Positions 10,318 through 19,118 of a DNA stretch of 64,000 bases are shown piece after piece. The notes under the pieces were generated by a model. The model was not told the origin of the DNA. It saw only the letters and a list, made by a program, of their open reading frames with translations, and did not search any database. The stretch's first letter is position 1. Each line of letters opens with the position of its first letter. The translations under genes were made by a program, and so were the position numbers. This DNA comes from an uncultured Methanosarcinales archaeon (GTDB taxonomy: Archaea > Nanobdellota > Nanobdellia > Woesearchaeales > ARS49): assembly GCA_964637115.1 (NCBI GenBank), contig CAZWVL010000005.1, positions 31,360 to 95,359 of the forward strand, given 5' to 3'.

Positions 10318-11319
10318 GTGTCCGTTATGATTCTTTTGCAGATTGCAGTGGCTGTCGGAGTGAGTTTTTTATTTACTCTTGTTGCACTGCCCTATTGGAT
10401 TTCACGTTCAAAGGCGCATAAGCTGCTGATTCAGGATTCTCAAAAGATGCCTGTGCGGAGAATTCCGTATCTTGCTGGTTTGATTGTTGTGTTTGGTGCC
10501 GTATTGGGCATTCTTTCTTTTGTTTTCGCGCAGACGTTCGTGTATCCGGGCAAGGAGGGCATTACGGTGCTTTTGGCTGCAGTTGCAACTATTCTTATCG
10601 CGCTTATTATAGGTATTATTGATGATTTGTTGGGTGAGAAGATTGGGCTGAGGCAGTATCAAAAGCCGATCTTGACACTCGTTGCTGCCCTGCCAATTAT
10701 TGTAGTTAATGCCGGGCAGAATATCATGTCGTTTCCGTTTATCGGGCAGGTGATGTTGGGCAATCTGTACGCGTTTGTGGTTGTTCCGATCGGTATTGTC
10801 GGCGCGACAAATGGGTTTAACATTATTGCCGGCGTGAATGGATTGGAAGCAGGAATGGGCATTATTATCTTGAGCACGCTGGGCTATTTGGCTTGGACTT
10901 TTGAAGGTTTTTCTGCTGCGGTTATAGCAGCTTGCATGGTGGCAGCATTGCTCTCGTTTTTGTGGTATAACCGGTTTCCAGCGCGCATTTTGCCTGGCAA
11001 TGGTTTTACGTATGCTGTTGGTGCGGCTATTGCAGTGGTTGCCATCGTCGGCAATCTTGAACGCGCTGCATTGCTTCTTTTTATTCCGTATTTCATCGAG
11101 TTTTTCTTGAAGCTCAGGGGTTTGTTTCAGAAGGAAAGTCTTGCACGTCCGTTGTCTGACGGTTCGCTCGTGAATAATTACAAGCATTGGTATTCGTTGA
11201 ATCACGTGGTTATTTCTTTGTTGAGAAAGCTGAAAAGAAAAGCAAGAGAGTGGGAAGTTACTTTAGTGTTGCTTGGCTTTGAAGTTCTTATTGCTTTTGG
11301 CACTCTTGCGTTGTATTAG
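10318..11319 (+). CDS. MraY/GPT-like polyprenyl-phosphate sugar-1-phosphate transferase (AglH/Alg7-like)
   Basis: Motifs IGIIDD, TNGFNIIAGVNGLE and FPARILPGNGF, multi-TM. Confidence 0.88.
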   Translation: MSVMILLQIAVAVGVSFLFTLVALPYWISRSKAHKLLIQDSQKMPVRRIPYLAGLIVVFGAVLGILSFVFAQTFVYPGKEGITVLLAAVATILIALIIGIIDDLLGEKIGLRQYQKPILTLVAALPIIVVNAGQNIMSFPFIGQVMLGNLYAFVVVPIGIVGATNGFNIIAGVNGLEAGMGIIILSTLGYLAWTFEGFSAAVIAACMVAALLSFLWYNRFPARILPGNGFTYAVGAAIAVVAIVGNLERAALLLFIPYFIEFFLKLRGLFQKESLARPLSDGSLVNNYKHWYSLNHVVISLLRKLKRKAREWEVTLVLLGFEVLIAFGTLALY

Positions 11320-11372
11320 AAATAAGTTTTTAAAGTGTGTTCTATATCCTATATGTATAAGAGGTGATTGTA

Positions 11373-11597
11373 ATGCATAACTGCAATTTCAACAAGACCG
11401 CGTTATTGACTGATGTGAGACGGATTATCTGGCGTTTGGAAAATTACAAGAAGGATGCCAAGACTGCAAATCATCCATTATGTGGCAAATTATTGGATGA
11501 CATGGAAGTAGATTTGAAGAAGTACAGCAAGAAGCTGGAAGACGCCATCGTTGGACTGGCAAAGGAAGGCAAGTTCACTTTTTGCGAAAAGTGTTGA
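11373..11597 (+). CDS. Small helical hypothetical protein
   Basis: GAGGTG SD upstream. Two amphipathic helices. Confidence 0.6.
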   Translation: MHNCNFNKTALLTDVRRIIWRLENYKKDAKTANHPLCGKLLDDMEVDLKKYSKKLEDAIVGLAKEGKFTFCEKC

Positions 11598-11669
11598 TTA
11601 CTGGCTTGTAGTCTCAAATCATTTTAAAGGTAAGTTCATTTACTTCACCAAATTGGGTTGAGGTGAATT

Positions 11670-11930
11670 ATGGAAGATGTTGCTGTTGAGCCGTCTAAGG
11701 TCTCTAGCGCAAAACCGGTTTCTATTGTTGATGCTTTTGGCTTGGAAAAGCTTTTGTCAACAGGCTTGAAAACCGAACTTGTTGCAATGGAAGCGCAGGT
11801 GAAAAGAAGCAAAAGCGAAGGCTTGGTGTATACTATGTATTTGAAAATTGCAAAAGATCTGGTCGCGCAAAACATGCCTGGACCTGCAGGATTTACACAC
11901 GCTGCCGTGCTGGATTTTTATAAGCTCTGA
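11670..11930 (+). CDS. Hypothetical protein
   Basis: GAGGTGA SD directly upstream of the ATG. Confidence 0.55.
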   Translation: MEDVAVEPSKVSSAKPVSIVDAFGLEKLLSTGLKTELVAMEAQVKRSKSEGLVYTMYLKIAKDLVAQNMPGPAGFTHAAVLDFYKL

Positions 11931-12843
11931 TTGCCTCTGCAAAAAGGGGTTCCAATGGAATTGTGCGTATTTTTTCGTGTGCTGCCTTAAGCGGGATTGT
12001 GTTGCCGAAGACTATTTCTTTTACAAAAGCGTCATTGCACAGATCTCGTAATCTGGGTTCAAATCCTTGGCCAAGAACAGGATGTATGATTATTATGTAA
12101 GCTTCTTTTGCCCCGCGTTCTTTTATGGCCCGTACTGATTCGTGAATTGTGCCTAGCGTGTCGCCGATGTCGTCATATAAGAAAACGGTTTTTCCTTTCA
12201 CATCTCCCTTGATGTTCAAAATTTCTGTTTTATCATCTTCTGGTCTGCGCTTCTCTCCAATTGCAATGTTTGTTTTTAATGTGCTGCTCTTAGCTACAAT
12301 GTTTTGTGTTTCGCGCACTCTTCGCGCTCCCCCTTCATCCGGGCTAGCAAGTACTATGGTGTTCTCTTTGTCAGCTGTTTTGATTATGAAACTGGCTGCC
12401 AGATGATTGAACGTCAGGTGTTCCATTTTGATTCCTGCCTCGGAAAATATTTTCTCAGTCTCGTCTGCGTGCAGGCCTATTGTTATGATTCTATTTACTC
12501 CCATTGCTTTCAATGTGCGCGCCACAACCCCTGTTTGTATCGGTTGTTGATCGATTTGTTTTTCGCCTCTCATTCCAAAGCAGTACGGCATTACAATTGT
12601 GATGTTTTTTGCAGTTCGCGCTGCGCTGATTGCATTGAGAAGTTCGTAGAAGCGCTCTCCGATTGGAGGAGTATAGCTCTGAAAGATGTACGCGTCCTTT
12701 TCTTTGACGTTTTCTTTTATTTTGATGCTGGTTTCTCCATCTTTTAATTTTATGACTTCAGTGGAATGAGGACTTGTGTTTAGTAGTCTTGCCACAGTGT
12801 TTGAGAATGCTTTGTCCTGTGAAACGTCAATTATTGCTATCAT
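11893..12843 (-). CDS. prs: Ribose-phosphate pyrophosphokinase (start reassigned to MIAII)
   Basis: Motifs LKDGETSIKI, MPYCFGMR, ASPDEGG and PRPP-binding YDDIGDTLGT. Confidence 0.85.
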   Translation of the reverse strand: MIAIIDVSQDKAFSNTVARLLNTSPHSTEVIKLKDGETSIKIKENVKEKDAYIFQSYTPPIGERFYELLNAISAARTAKNITIVMPYCFGMRGEKQIDQQPIQTGVVARTLKAMGVNRIITIGLHADETEKIFSEAGIKMEHLTFNHLAASFIIKTADKENTIVLASPDEGGARRVRETQNIVAKSSTLKTNIAIGEKRRPEDDKTEILNIKGDVKGKTVFLYDDIGDTLGTIHESVRAIKERGAKEAYIIIIHPVLGQGFEPRLRDLCNDAFVKEIVFGNTIPLKAAHEKIRTIPLEPLFAEAIRAYKNPARQRV

Positions 12844-12848
12844 AACCC

Positions 12849-13070
12849 ACTGCGTTAGAAAACCAGTTATTGCTTTTATTGTTTTCGGAAGAATAGGTGA
12901 GTAGCGAGGGGGCTTGCGCCCCCTTCGCACACTCGTGGATGGTGGCTTTGTGGATTTAGCTCATTGGCACCTATTAAATAACTCCGTGAAACAAGGTGAA
13001 ACGAGTTGGAACGACCGCGGAGGTCGAGAGGAGGGCGGCGGTTGAGCCCTCCTCGGTATGATTACGCAGT
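12849..13070. ncRNA. Candidate structured RNA of unknown family, strand uncertain
   Basis: Nested complementary segments: 12849-55/13064-70 (7 bp), 12865-71/12977-83 (7 bp) and 12892-99/12968-75 (8 bp). GC hairpins at 12904-12928, 13012-13026 and 13028-13054. Confidence 0.4.
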
Positions 13071-13084
13071 CTAGAATCAAAATG

Positions 13085-13966
13085 CTACTTCTTCAGCGCT
13101 ATCTTATTCGTATTGCCGTAAATCGTCTTTGTTATTACCCCTCTTTCTTCTAAATTCCGTAATATCCTGCTGACTTTGGCTTTTGAGAAGTTTGTCGTTT
13201 GTTGTATCTGTTTCTGCCATACTTCGCCGTTTTGTTTCAGGAAATCTACAACTTGCTGTTCTTTGTCGATTAAAGTGGGAACGATGACTGTTTTCTTCTT
13301 TGTAGTCTTGTTTTTTGGCGTTCTTTGGCGTATTTGTGACAGTATTGTCCAGGCAACGCCCATGGCGGTTAAAATCACTAGCGCTGCTGTTGCTGCTATC
13401 CAGCCGAATGGGGGTCCTATGACTCTTCTTGCTATGACTGAAACAGGCAGTTCTTGTCCTTTCTGCTCCCAGTTTAGTATGATTCTCTGCCCGTCAGAGT
13501 ATACTTCTTTTGGTTTTGGTGAGACGTAAAAGCTTTCATCTTTGCCTTTTTCTCTTGGAATGATGTATCCGACAGGCAGCACAAGGGTTATTTGCTGGCT
13601 TCGTGAAGGATACGGCAGCTTGTCGGTGTAGCGGAACAGCGTGTTTTCTCCAACCGTGGCAATTGGATAATCTGTTTCATAGCTTATGTTGATGTTGTAT
13701 GCCCCTGCCGGAATGCTGCCGCAGCGTGCAAACTCTGCTTGTATTAAACAATCTGTAATTCCGCCGTTTATGGATATTTCAACATCCCTTGGGTTTGGGC
13801 TTAAGATTAATGTCAGATTTCCTATTGAGTCTGAGATGAGTACTAGGTTGCTCTGGACAAACGTTGTGCTTCCTTCAAGCTCTATTTTGGTCTCTGAATT
13901 ATTTATTACATTGGTTGCAAAGACCATAGGCACAAGTAGCAGTGCCACCACCCAAACTTGTTTCAT
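13085..13966 (-). CDS. Secreted/membrane-anchored protein with a C-terminal cytoplasmic winged-helix (COG2512-like)
   Basis: Signal peptide, beta-rich ectodomain and TM, then QKQIQQTTNFSKAKVSRILRNLEERGVI HTH. Confidence 0.75.
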   Translation of the reverse strand: MKQVWVVALLLVPMVFATNVINNSETKIELEGSTTFVQSNLVLISDSIGNLTLILSPNPRDVEISINGGITDCLIQAEFARCGSIPAGAYNINISYETDYPIATVGENTLFRYTDKLPYPSRSQQITLVLPVGYIIPREKGKDESFYVSPKPKEVYSDGQRIILNWEQKGQELPVSVIARRVIGPPFGWIAATAALVILTAMGVAWTILSQIRQRTPKNKTTKKKTVIVPTLIDKEQQVVDFLKQNGEVWQKQIQQTTNFSKAKVSRILRNLEERGVITKTIYGNTNKIALKK

Positions 13967-14055
13967 GTTGTTTCACTTATGCTGCCGAGCGTATTTAAAA
14001 CTTATGTACATTTGCTTACAAAATCTTTATATATCTGTTAGTGTCATTTGCAATT

Positions 14056-14883
14056 ATGCGTGGATGGATTGTAGTTGTAATGGTGCTGCTTCTTGCAGTT
14101 GTTGTTTCAGCCGGTAACGTGAGTTTGTGTTCTGATACTGATGGCGGCGGTGCAAAGTCTAGGGATGCTGCTTTGAAAGTAAGGGGTGAAGTGAAGTACG
14201 GTATTACCTCTCAGGTCGATACTTGTTTGACTTCAGAAGAGGGTGTTTCTACTAATCAGAGCAAGTGGTTGAAGGAATATTTTTGTGCACTTGACAAAAG
14301 GGAATCTGAAGCTTACGATTGTGTGAGGCTTGGCTTTTCTGGTTGTAAAAACGGTGAGTGTGCTGGTGGAGCTTCTGCAGCCCAGAACCAGTCTCAGCAG
14401 ACTCAGCCGGTAGCTGCTTGTGGCAACAAGATTCTTGAGAAGGACAAGGGCGAGGAGTGCGATCCTCCTAACAAGATTTGTTTTGGCAAGACAAAGGATC
14501 AGTATGGCTTGTGTGACGCGGTTTGCAAGTGTAAGGTTTCTGGTGCTTCTGCTGCCGCGCACGTTCCTGCGTGCGGCGATGATGTGCGAGAGGGCACTGA
14601 AGAATGCGAGAAAGATGATGAATGTCCTGATAATCACGTTTGTTCATCGTGTAAATGTGTTAAACAGTTGACAGCTGCAGATATTGAGGCTATGAAAAAG
14701 CAGGCTGCTGAGGGAAAGACCGAACCTTCAAAAGAGATTGATGAGAAGTACAAGGCGCCTGATATGCACGAAGTTGATCTTAGTGTCAAGAACTTTTCTG
14801 AAGAGCCTGGCATGAAGGCTACCTCGGGAATTGCGAACTTTTTCAAGAGTATTTTTGGATGGATTGCTGCTTTGTTCAGCTGA
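14056..14883 (+). CDS. Secreted cysteine-rich protein
   Basis: Signal peptide, CSDTDGG, CGNKILE…GEECD and CGDDVREGTEECE repeats. Confidence 0.7.
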   Translation: MRGWIVVVMVLLLAVVVSAGNVSLCSDTDGGGAKSRDAALKVRGEVKYGITSQVDTCLTSEEGVSTNQSKWLKEYFCALDKRESEAYDCVRLGFSGCKNGECAGGASAAQNQSQQTQPVAACGNKILEKDKGEECDPPNKICFGKTKDQYGLCDAVCKCKVSGASAAAHVPACGDDVREGTEECEKDDECPDNHVCSSCKCVKQLTAADIEAMKKQAAEGKTEPSKEIDEKYKAPDMHEVDLSVKNFSEEPGMKATSGIANFFKSIFGWIAALFS

Positions 14884-15307
14884 CTTTTCTGACTTCCTGC
14901 GCCGCTCTGATCACGTAAGGTGGTGTTTCTTTCCAGCCAAATATGCCTCCGACTAATATGTGGGTTGCAAAGCGCGTGAATTCTTCTGTTCTTATTTGGT
15001 ACTTGCCAATTCTGATCGTTTCTCCGATTTGTTCAGGGTATTCGTATAATCGGCATCTTGCCAGTCGTACGTCAAGGCCGGATTCTGGTATTTGTATGTG
15101 TTGGCTGATTTTGCTGAATGCCTGTCTGACGTAGGATGGCGTTTGCTGCCATCCTCGTTTTCCCCCGCTTAACACGTATGCAGCAAATCCTGTGAACTCG
15201 CGGGTTGGTATTTCGTAGTCTCCGATGCGCAGGTATGCTGTGTGCGGTTTGCAGAATCCGCAGTTGTCCAGTTCTCCGTGGTTTAGTGTTTTCAATACCA
15301 GGCTCAT
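14876..15307 (-). CDS. Hypothetical protein with an internal tandem duplication
   Basis: LRIGDYEIPTREFTGFAAYVLSGGKRGWQQTPSYV versus IRIGKYQIRTEEFTRFATHILVGGIFGWKETPPYV. Confidence 0.65.
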   Translation of the reverse strand: MSLVLKTLNHGELDNCGFCKPHTAYLRIGDYEIPTREFTGFAAYVLSGGKRGWQQTPSYVRQAFSKISQHIQIPESGLDVRLARCRLYEYPEQIGETIRIGKYQIRTEEFTRFATHILVGGIFGWKETPPYVIRAAQEVRKVS

Positions 15308-16167
15308 TTTCTTTCTCCTGCTGCTGCAAGTTCGCGTGTTTTTGTGTCGTAGTCGAGATTCAGTTCGTATCCTTCTCTTGCGGCTTTTGTTCGTGGGAAG
15401 TCTAGCTGTGCTCTTTCAACGATTTTGTCAATTGTTTCATCTGAGTGTGTTGGGTCGTGGTGGAAGAGGTGGAGTTCCTTCACATTTGATGCTTTTGCTA
15501 TTTTGATTCCTTCTTCAAATGTGCTGTGTCCCCATCGCTGTTTTTGCGGGTATTCTTCTGGCGTGTACTGTCCGTCGTAAATCAAAACGTCGGCGTCTTT
15601 TGCCAGTTTGATCAGTTTTCCGTCTGGCACAGAATAGTGTTCTGTGTCTGTTGCGTACACGATGCTTTTTCCAGAGTGCTCAATTTTGTAGGCGAACACG
15701 CCGTTGGGGTGATTCAGTCGTGCGGGTGTTATTTTTACTTGTCCGATGTCGAAAGGCTGCCATTCTTTTAATTCATGGAAGTTCAATGTTGCGGTGAATT
15801 TCGCGTCTTCTGGAAAGCAAGGAGGCTCTTGCTGTCCGTCTATCGCATCCTGCACTGTTTTGCCTAACCTTTTTTCTCCGTAGAGGTCAAATTCGTTTCC
15901 TCTGATGTACGCTGGGATGAAGAATGGCCAGCCTTGTATGTGGTCCCAGTGCGTGTGGCTGATGAGCACGTGTGCTTTGCCTTGTCCTTTTGAGTAGTCT
16001 CTTGCCATCAGCTCAAGTCCTAGTTTTCTTATTCCGCTTCCGGCATCGCAGATGATTAATTGGTTGTCTGCTTCTACTGCCACACAGCTCGTGTTTCCTC
16101 CGTACTTTACTGTTTCTGGTCCTGGTGCTGGTATGCTTCCTCTTACCCCATAGTATTTTAGTTTCAT
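15304..16167 (-). CDS. MBL-fold metallo-hydrolase
   Basis: Motifs GVRGSIP, YGGNTSCV, CDAGSG, SHTHWDHIQG, YATDTE, WGHS and FHHDP. Confidence 0.9.
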   Translation of the reverse strand: MKLKYYGVRGSIPAPGPETVKYGGNTSCVAVEADNQLIICDAGSGIRKLGLELMARDYSKGQGKAHVLISHTHWDHIQGWPFFIPAYIRGNEFDLYGEKRLGKTVQDAIDGQQEPPCFPEDAKFTATLNFHELKEWQPFDIGQVKITPARLNHPNGVFAYKIEHSGKSIVYATDTEHYSVPDGKLIKLAKDADVLIYDGQYTPEEYPQKQRWGHSTFEEGIKIAKASNVKELHLFHHDPTHSDETIDKIVERAQLDFPRTKAAREGYELNLDYDTKTRELAAAGERK

Positions 16168-16382
16168 TTTTCATCACCAAATAACATATTGGCTTGTGGC
16201 TACAAGAAACCTGTGGGTGGAAACTGCGCTAAATCAGCAAAAAGCGGTATTTATTTGAGGTTTTTGAGAGTTAATTGCCAAGAATATAGAACGATTGCGC
16301 AAAAAACGTAAAGTATATAAATACGAATCGTGAAAATGCTGAATTTGATGGCTGTAGTTTTATATAGTGTAGAGGTAATATT

Positions 16383-17399
16383 ATGGGCATGAAGGTTTTG
16401 CAGGTCAAGCCAGAAGCTGCCAAGGTGCAGTTGGATGCGTATGATAGGAAGATTTTGTTTGCTATGGCTCAGAATTGTAGGACTCCTACAAATCAGATTG
16501 CCAAGAGTGTTGGCTTGAGCAGGGATGCCGTGCGCTATCGCATCAAGAGGCTTGAGGACGCAGGAGTTATTCAGGGGTATAGGACTATTGTTAACGTGAC
16601 GCGTCTTGGTTTCTTGAACGTTCATTTGTTGTTGCAGTTGAATCAGCCTAATGTTGAGGCTGAGAAGCGGTTGGTTGAGAAGTTCAAGGCGTATCCTTTT
16701 GTCAGAGCGATTATCAAGTTTAGCGGTAAGTATGATTTTGAGCTGGCTTTGATTGCGAGAGACGTGCACGAGCTCGAGGGAGTTCTTTCTCGTGTTATCG
16801 AGGATTGTGGTGAGTTCTTGCAGGATTATAATTTGCTTTTTATTACCAAGACTTTTTCAGGGAAGACTTTTCCTGATAACTTTTTGAAGGCGCCTGCAGA
16901 GGTTAAGCAGGTTCAATATGATGAGCCTAAGCTTGACGAGCTTGATTATAAGCTTCTTAGCGTTATTTCTGATCATGCATACCTTCCTTTGCAGCATATC
17001 GCGCAGAAGCTTGGCGTTTCTGCTGATACTGTTAAATATCGGATGAAGAATTTGAAGCAGTGTGGTGTTATTGCTGGTTTCGTTCCTGTTATTAATTATG
17101 ATTTGATTAATTATAACGTGTATGCTATTTTGTTGAGCATTGCGGGTTTTAGTGAGAAAAGGGAAGCTACTCTGCGGGAATTCTTGAGGACGAACAAAGA
17201 TGTTTTGTGGGGTGTGAAGACGATTGGCAAGTATAATGTGTTTCTGTATATTTGCACTTCCAATCCTGATGATTTGGTCAAGACCACTGCAGAGCTGAGG
17301 AGTTACTTTACTCAGTCAGTGCGTGATTACGAAACATTGATTAATTATGAAGAATACACGTATACGTATTTCCCTGAAGTTGCGAGAAAGATGAGATGA
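16383..17399 (+). CDS. Lrp/AsnC-family regulator with two tandem HTH-RAM units
   Basis: LDAYDRKIL…IAKSVGLSRDAVRYRIKRLEDAGVI and LDELDYKLL…IAQKLGVSADTVKYRMKNL. Confidence 0.88.
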   Translation: MGMKVLQVKPEAAKVQLDAYDRKILFAMAQNCRTPTNQIAKSVGLSRDAVRYRIKRLEDAGVIQGYRTIVNVTRLGFLNVHLLLQLNQPNVEAEKRLVEKFKAYPFVRAIIKFSGKYDFELALIARDVHELEGVLSRVIEDCGEFLQDYNLLFITKTFSGKTFPDNFLKAPAEVKQVQYDEPKLDELDYKLLSVISDHAYLPLQHIAQKLGVSADTVKYRMKNLKQCGVIAGFVPVINYDLINYNVYAILLSIAGFSEKREATLREFLRTNKDVLWGVKTIGKYNVFLYICTSNPDDLVKTTAELRSYFTQSVRDYETLINYEEYTYTYFPEVARKMR

Positions 17400-17806
17400 G
17401 CTGGAAAAAAGAGTTGTATAGGGATATTGAATCATTGGGTTCTTTGTTATTTGTTGTTATAGTTGCAGCTCGGTCATTAGTGGGCTCTCATTGGAGGTTT
17501 TTCCTATCTTTGGTGATTGCTGTTGTATTGAGTTATGTCTTCTGGCAGGCCATTAGGAAATTGACTGGTGTGAAGGCCAGTTCGCATGTTTCTAATGCAA
17601 TGATTCTGTTTATCGTGATTGGCGGATTTTACCAGTCAATAGGATTCACTCTGTTTACCATTGCAGTGGGTTGTTTGCTGCTGTATGGGCATTCGCAGAT
17701 ACGGAAACATAAGAAAGGCGAGATGGTGTGGGGCGTTGTTAATGGCGTTGTTTCTGCCGGTCTTGGCGCTTGGATTACATACGGATATTTGTTGCCCAAA
17801 ACTTGA
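17396..17806 (+). CDS. Membrane protein (PAP2-like 4-TM, low confidence in family)
   Basis: Hydrophobic segments, SSHVS and RKHKKGEMVWG. ATGA overlap with the Lrp gene. Confidence 0.55.
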   Translation: MSWKKELYRDIESLGSLLFVVIVAARSLVGSHWRFFLSLVIAVVLSYVFWQAIRKLTGVKASSHVSNAMILFIVIGGFYQSIGFTLFTIAVGCLLLYGHSQIRKHKKGEMVWGVVNGVVSAGLGAWITYGYLLPKT

Positions 17807-17818
17807 TTATTGCTTATA

Positions 17819-18166
17819 TTAGATTGGTTCTACAGTTAATATGTTTCGGCCAGGCATTAGGAAGGAAACTGAGTGTTTGAGCAATTCCATCCCTATAAGG
17901 GCAAAATCTGTATCAGACGCGATGACGTTGACTTTTATGCGTTTGTTTAACCATTCTATTTCTGCTTCGTACATCTCGGTTCTTGAAGGGACGCCATCAG
18001 CCATCACGTAACGCACATTTCCAATTTTTGGAAGATTGTGTTTCTTTATGAGTGTTATCGGAAGAAGCAGAGAGCCGTTAAATCCTGTGTCAACCAAGCA
18101 TTCGATGTCCTGATTCTGTACTCGAAGAGTTGCAAAAGGCATTCCAAAAAGATAACGTGCGTTCAT
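17819..18166 (-). CDS. Clan AA (retropepsin-like) aspartic protease
   Basis: CLVDTGFNGSLLLP, and C-terminal ALIGMELL. Confidence 0.85.
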   Translation of the reverse strand: MNARYLFGMPFATLRVQNQDIECLVDTGFNGSLLLPITLIKKHNLPKIGNVRYVMADGVPSRTEMYEAEIEWLNKRIKVNVIASDTDFALIGMELLKHSVSFLMPGRNILTVEPI

Positions 18167-18390
18167 ACGCATCCGATAAAATAGGTTGCACGTGCACCAA
18201 CACGCATAAAGAAAAATTCCTTGCCCGGGTGCTTCTGACGTCCTTTTTCGAGCGCTTCCATAGTGTCAATTCCTAGGAAGTAGTCGCCGCTGTCTGGCTC
18301 TATTGCAACAATATTTCCCTCTTTTCCTTTTAGTTTGCTTTTGATATGTTCGTATATTTCTTCCGCGCGTTCAATGTTCATTGAAAGCAT
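18163..18390 (-). CDS. Small DUF5678-like protein, coupled to the aspartic protease
   Basis: GNIVAIEPDSGDYFLG…ALEKGRQKHPGKEFFFMRVG. ATGA overlap. Confidence 0.65.
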   Translation of the reverse strand: MLSMNIERAEEIYEHIKSKLKGKEGNIVAIEPDSGDYFLGIDTMEALEKGRQKHPGKEFFFMRVGARATYFIGCV

Positions 18391-18444
18391 AACGTCGTGG
18401 TGGTTAATAAATCCATCGTCGACAAAGTTGTAAACTTTACGGAT

Positions 18445-19041
18445 TCAGGCGTTTAGATGTTTCACACACATTAGCGCATGTATCTTGTGCCCTTTCTCAT
18501 CTATTTCTAGAATTGTTACTGCGCAATTTTCATGGATGTATTCCAGCCACTTTTCTTTTGGCACTTTTAGATAGTGTAAGAGAAATTGCCTTATTGGTCC
18601 TCCGTGGCTTACTATTAGAACTGTCTTGTCGTGTTCTTTTTTTATTAGCTGTTCCATGAATGTCGTAATTCTTTTTCTGAGTTCCTGGAATGATTCTCCG
18701 CCTTCTGGTTTTAGTTCATATGGATCTATTCCTGCTGCTTCAGCAGCTTTTCTCATTGAGCCGTGCGTCATTCCTTCAAATATGCCTAGATTTTGTTCTC
18801 TGACTGCCGGTTCGTAGATGACTTCTGCTTTTGGGTGAAATTTGATGATTTCTGCAGCCGTATCTACACATCTTTTCAGGTCGCTGACAAATATTTTGTC
18901 TATTTTCTCGTCTTTTAGCCTCAATGCTAATTTCTTGGTCTGCTCTATGCCTTTCTGCGTTAGTTTGCCGGGCATATGTCCCTGGTTTATCTTGGCAACG
19001 TTCTCTTCTGTTTCTCCGTGTCTGACTAATATGAGTCTCAT
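18445..19041 (-). CDS. Histidine phosphatase (phosphoglycerate mutase-like)
   Basis: Motifs LVRHGETEEN, SDLKRC, REQNLG, GGES and VSHGG. Confidence 0.92.
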   Translation of the reverse strand: MRLILVRHGETEENVAKINQGHMPGKLTQKGIEQTKKLALRLKDEKIDKIFVSDLKRCVDTAAEIIKFHPKAEVIYEPAVREQNLGIFEGMTHGSMRKAAEAAGIDPYELKPEGGESFQELRKRITTFMEQLIKKEHDKTVLIVSHGGPIRQFLLHYLKVPKEKWLEYIHENCAVTILEIDEKGHKIHALMCVKHLNA

Positions 19042-19065
19042 TTAGAGTGGGCAAAATTCATAACC

Positions 19066-19112
19066 TTTAAATATTACTATCGCTTCCGATATATCTCAAT
19101 CGATATATCGAT
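19066..19112 (+). promoter_or_regulatory. TATA box plus palindromic operator upstream of the PadR gene
   Basis: TTTAAATA at 19066-73. Perfect 14-bp palindrome ATCGATATATCGAT at 19099-19112, and a second CGATATATC at 19087-95. Confidence 0.55.
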
Positions 19113-19118
19113 ACCGAC

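Noticed and set aside
10408-11205. Long antisense ORFs (this one, and e.g. 19754-20236, 22663-23166, 45636-46106)
   Set aside because: These are shadows of well-supported genes on the opposite strand, with no motifs.
12050-12080. tRNA T-arm-like GGTTCAAATCC
   Set aside because: It lies inside prs (antisense of GQGFEP) and no cloverleaf forms around it.
12844-12930. N-terminal extension of prs (MRRGRKPP…) given in the ORF track
   Set aside because: It runs through GC hairpins, and family similarity begins at MIAII.
12849-13070. RNase P RNA or SRP RNA identity for the structured element
   Set aside because: No GAGGAAAGUCC-like or ACAGAA..CGGCUUA-like P4 strands and no SRP helix-8 motif are found on either strand. 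Only weak AGAAA/GUGAAAC resemblance remains.
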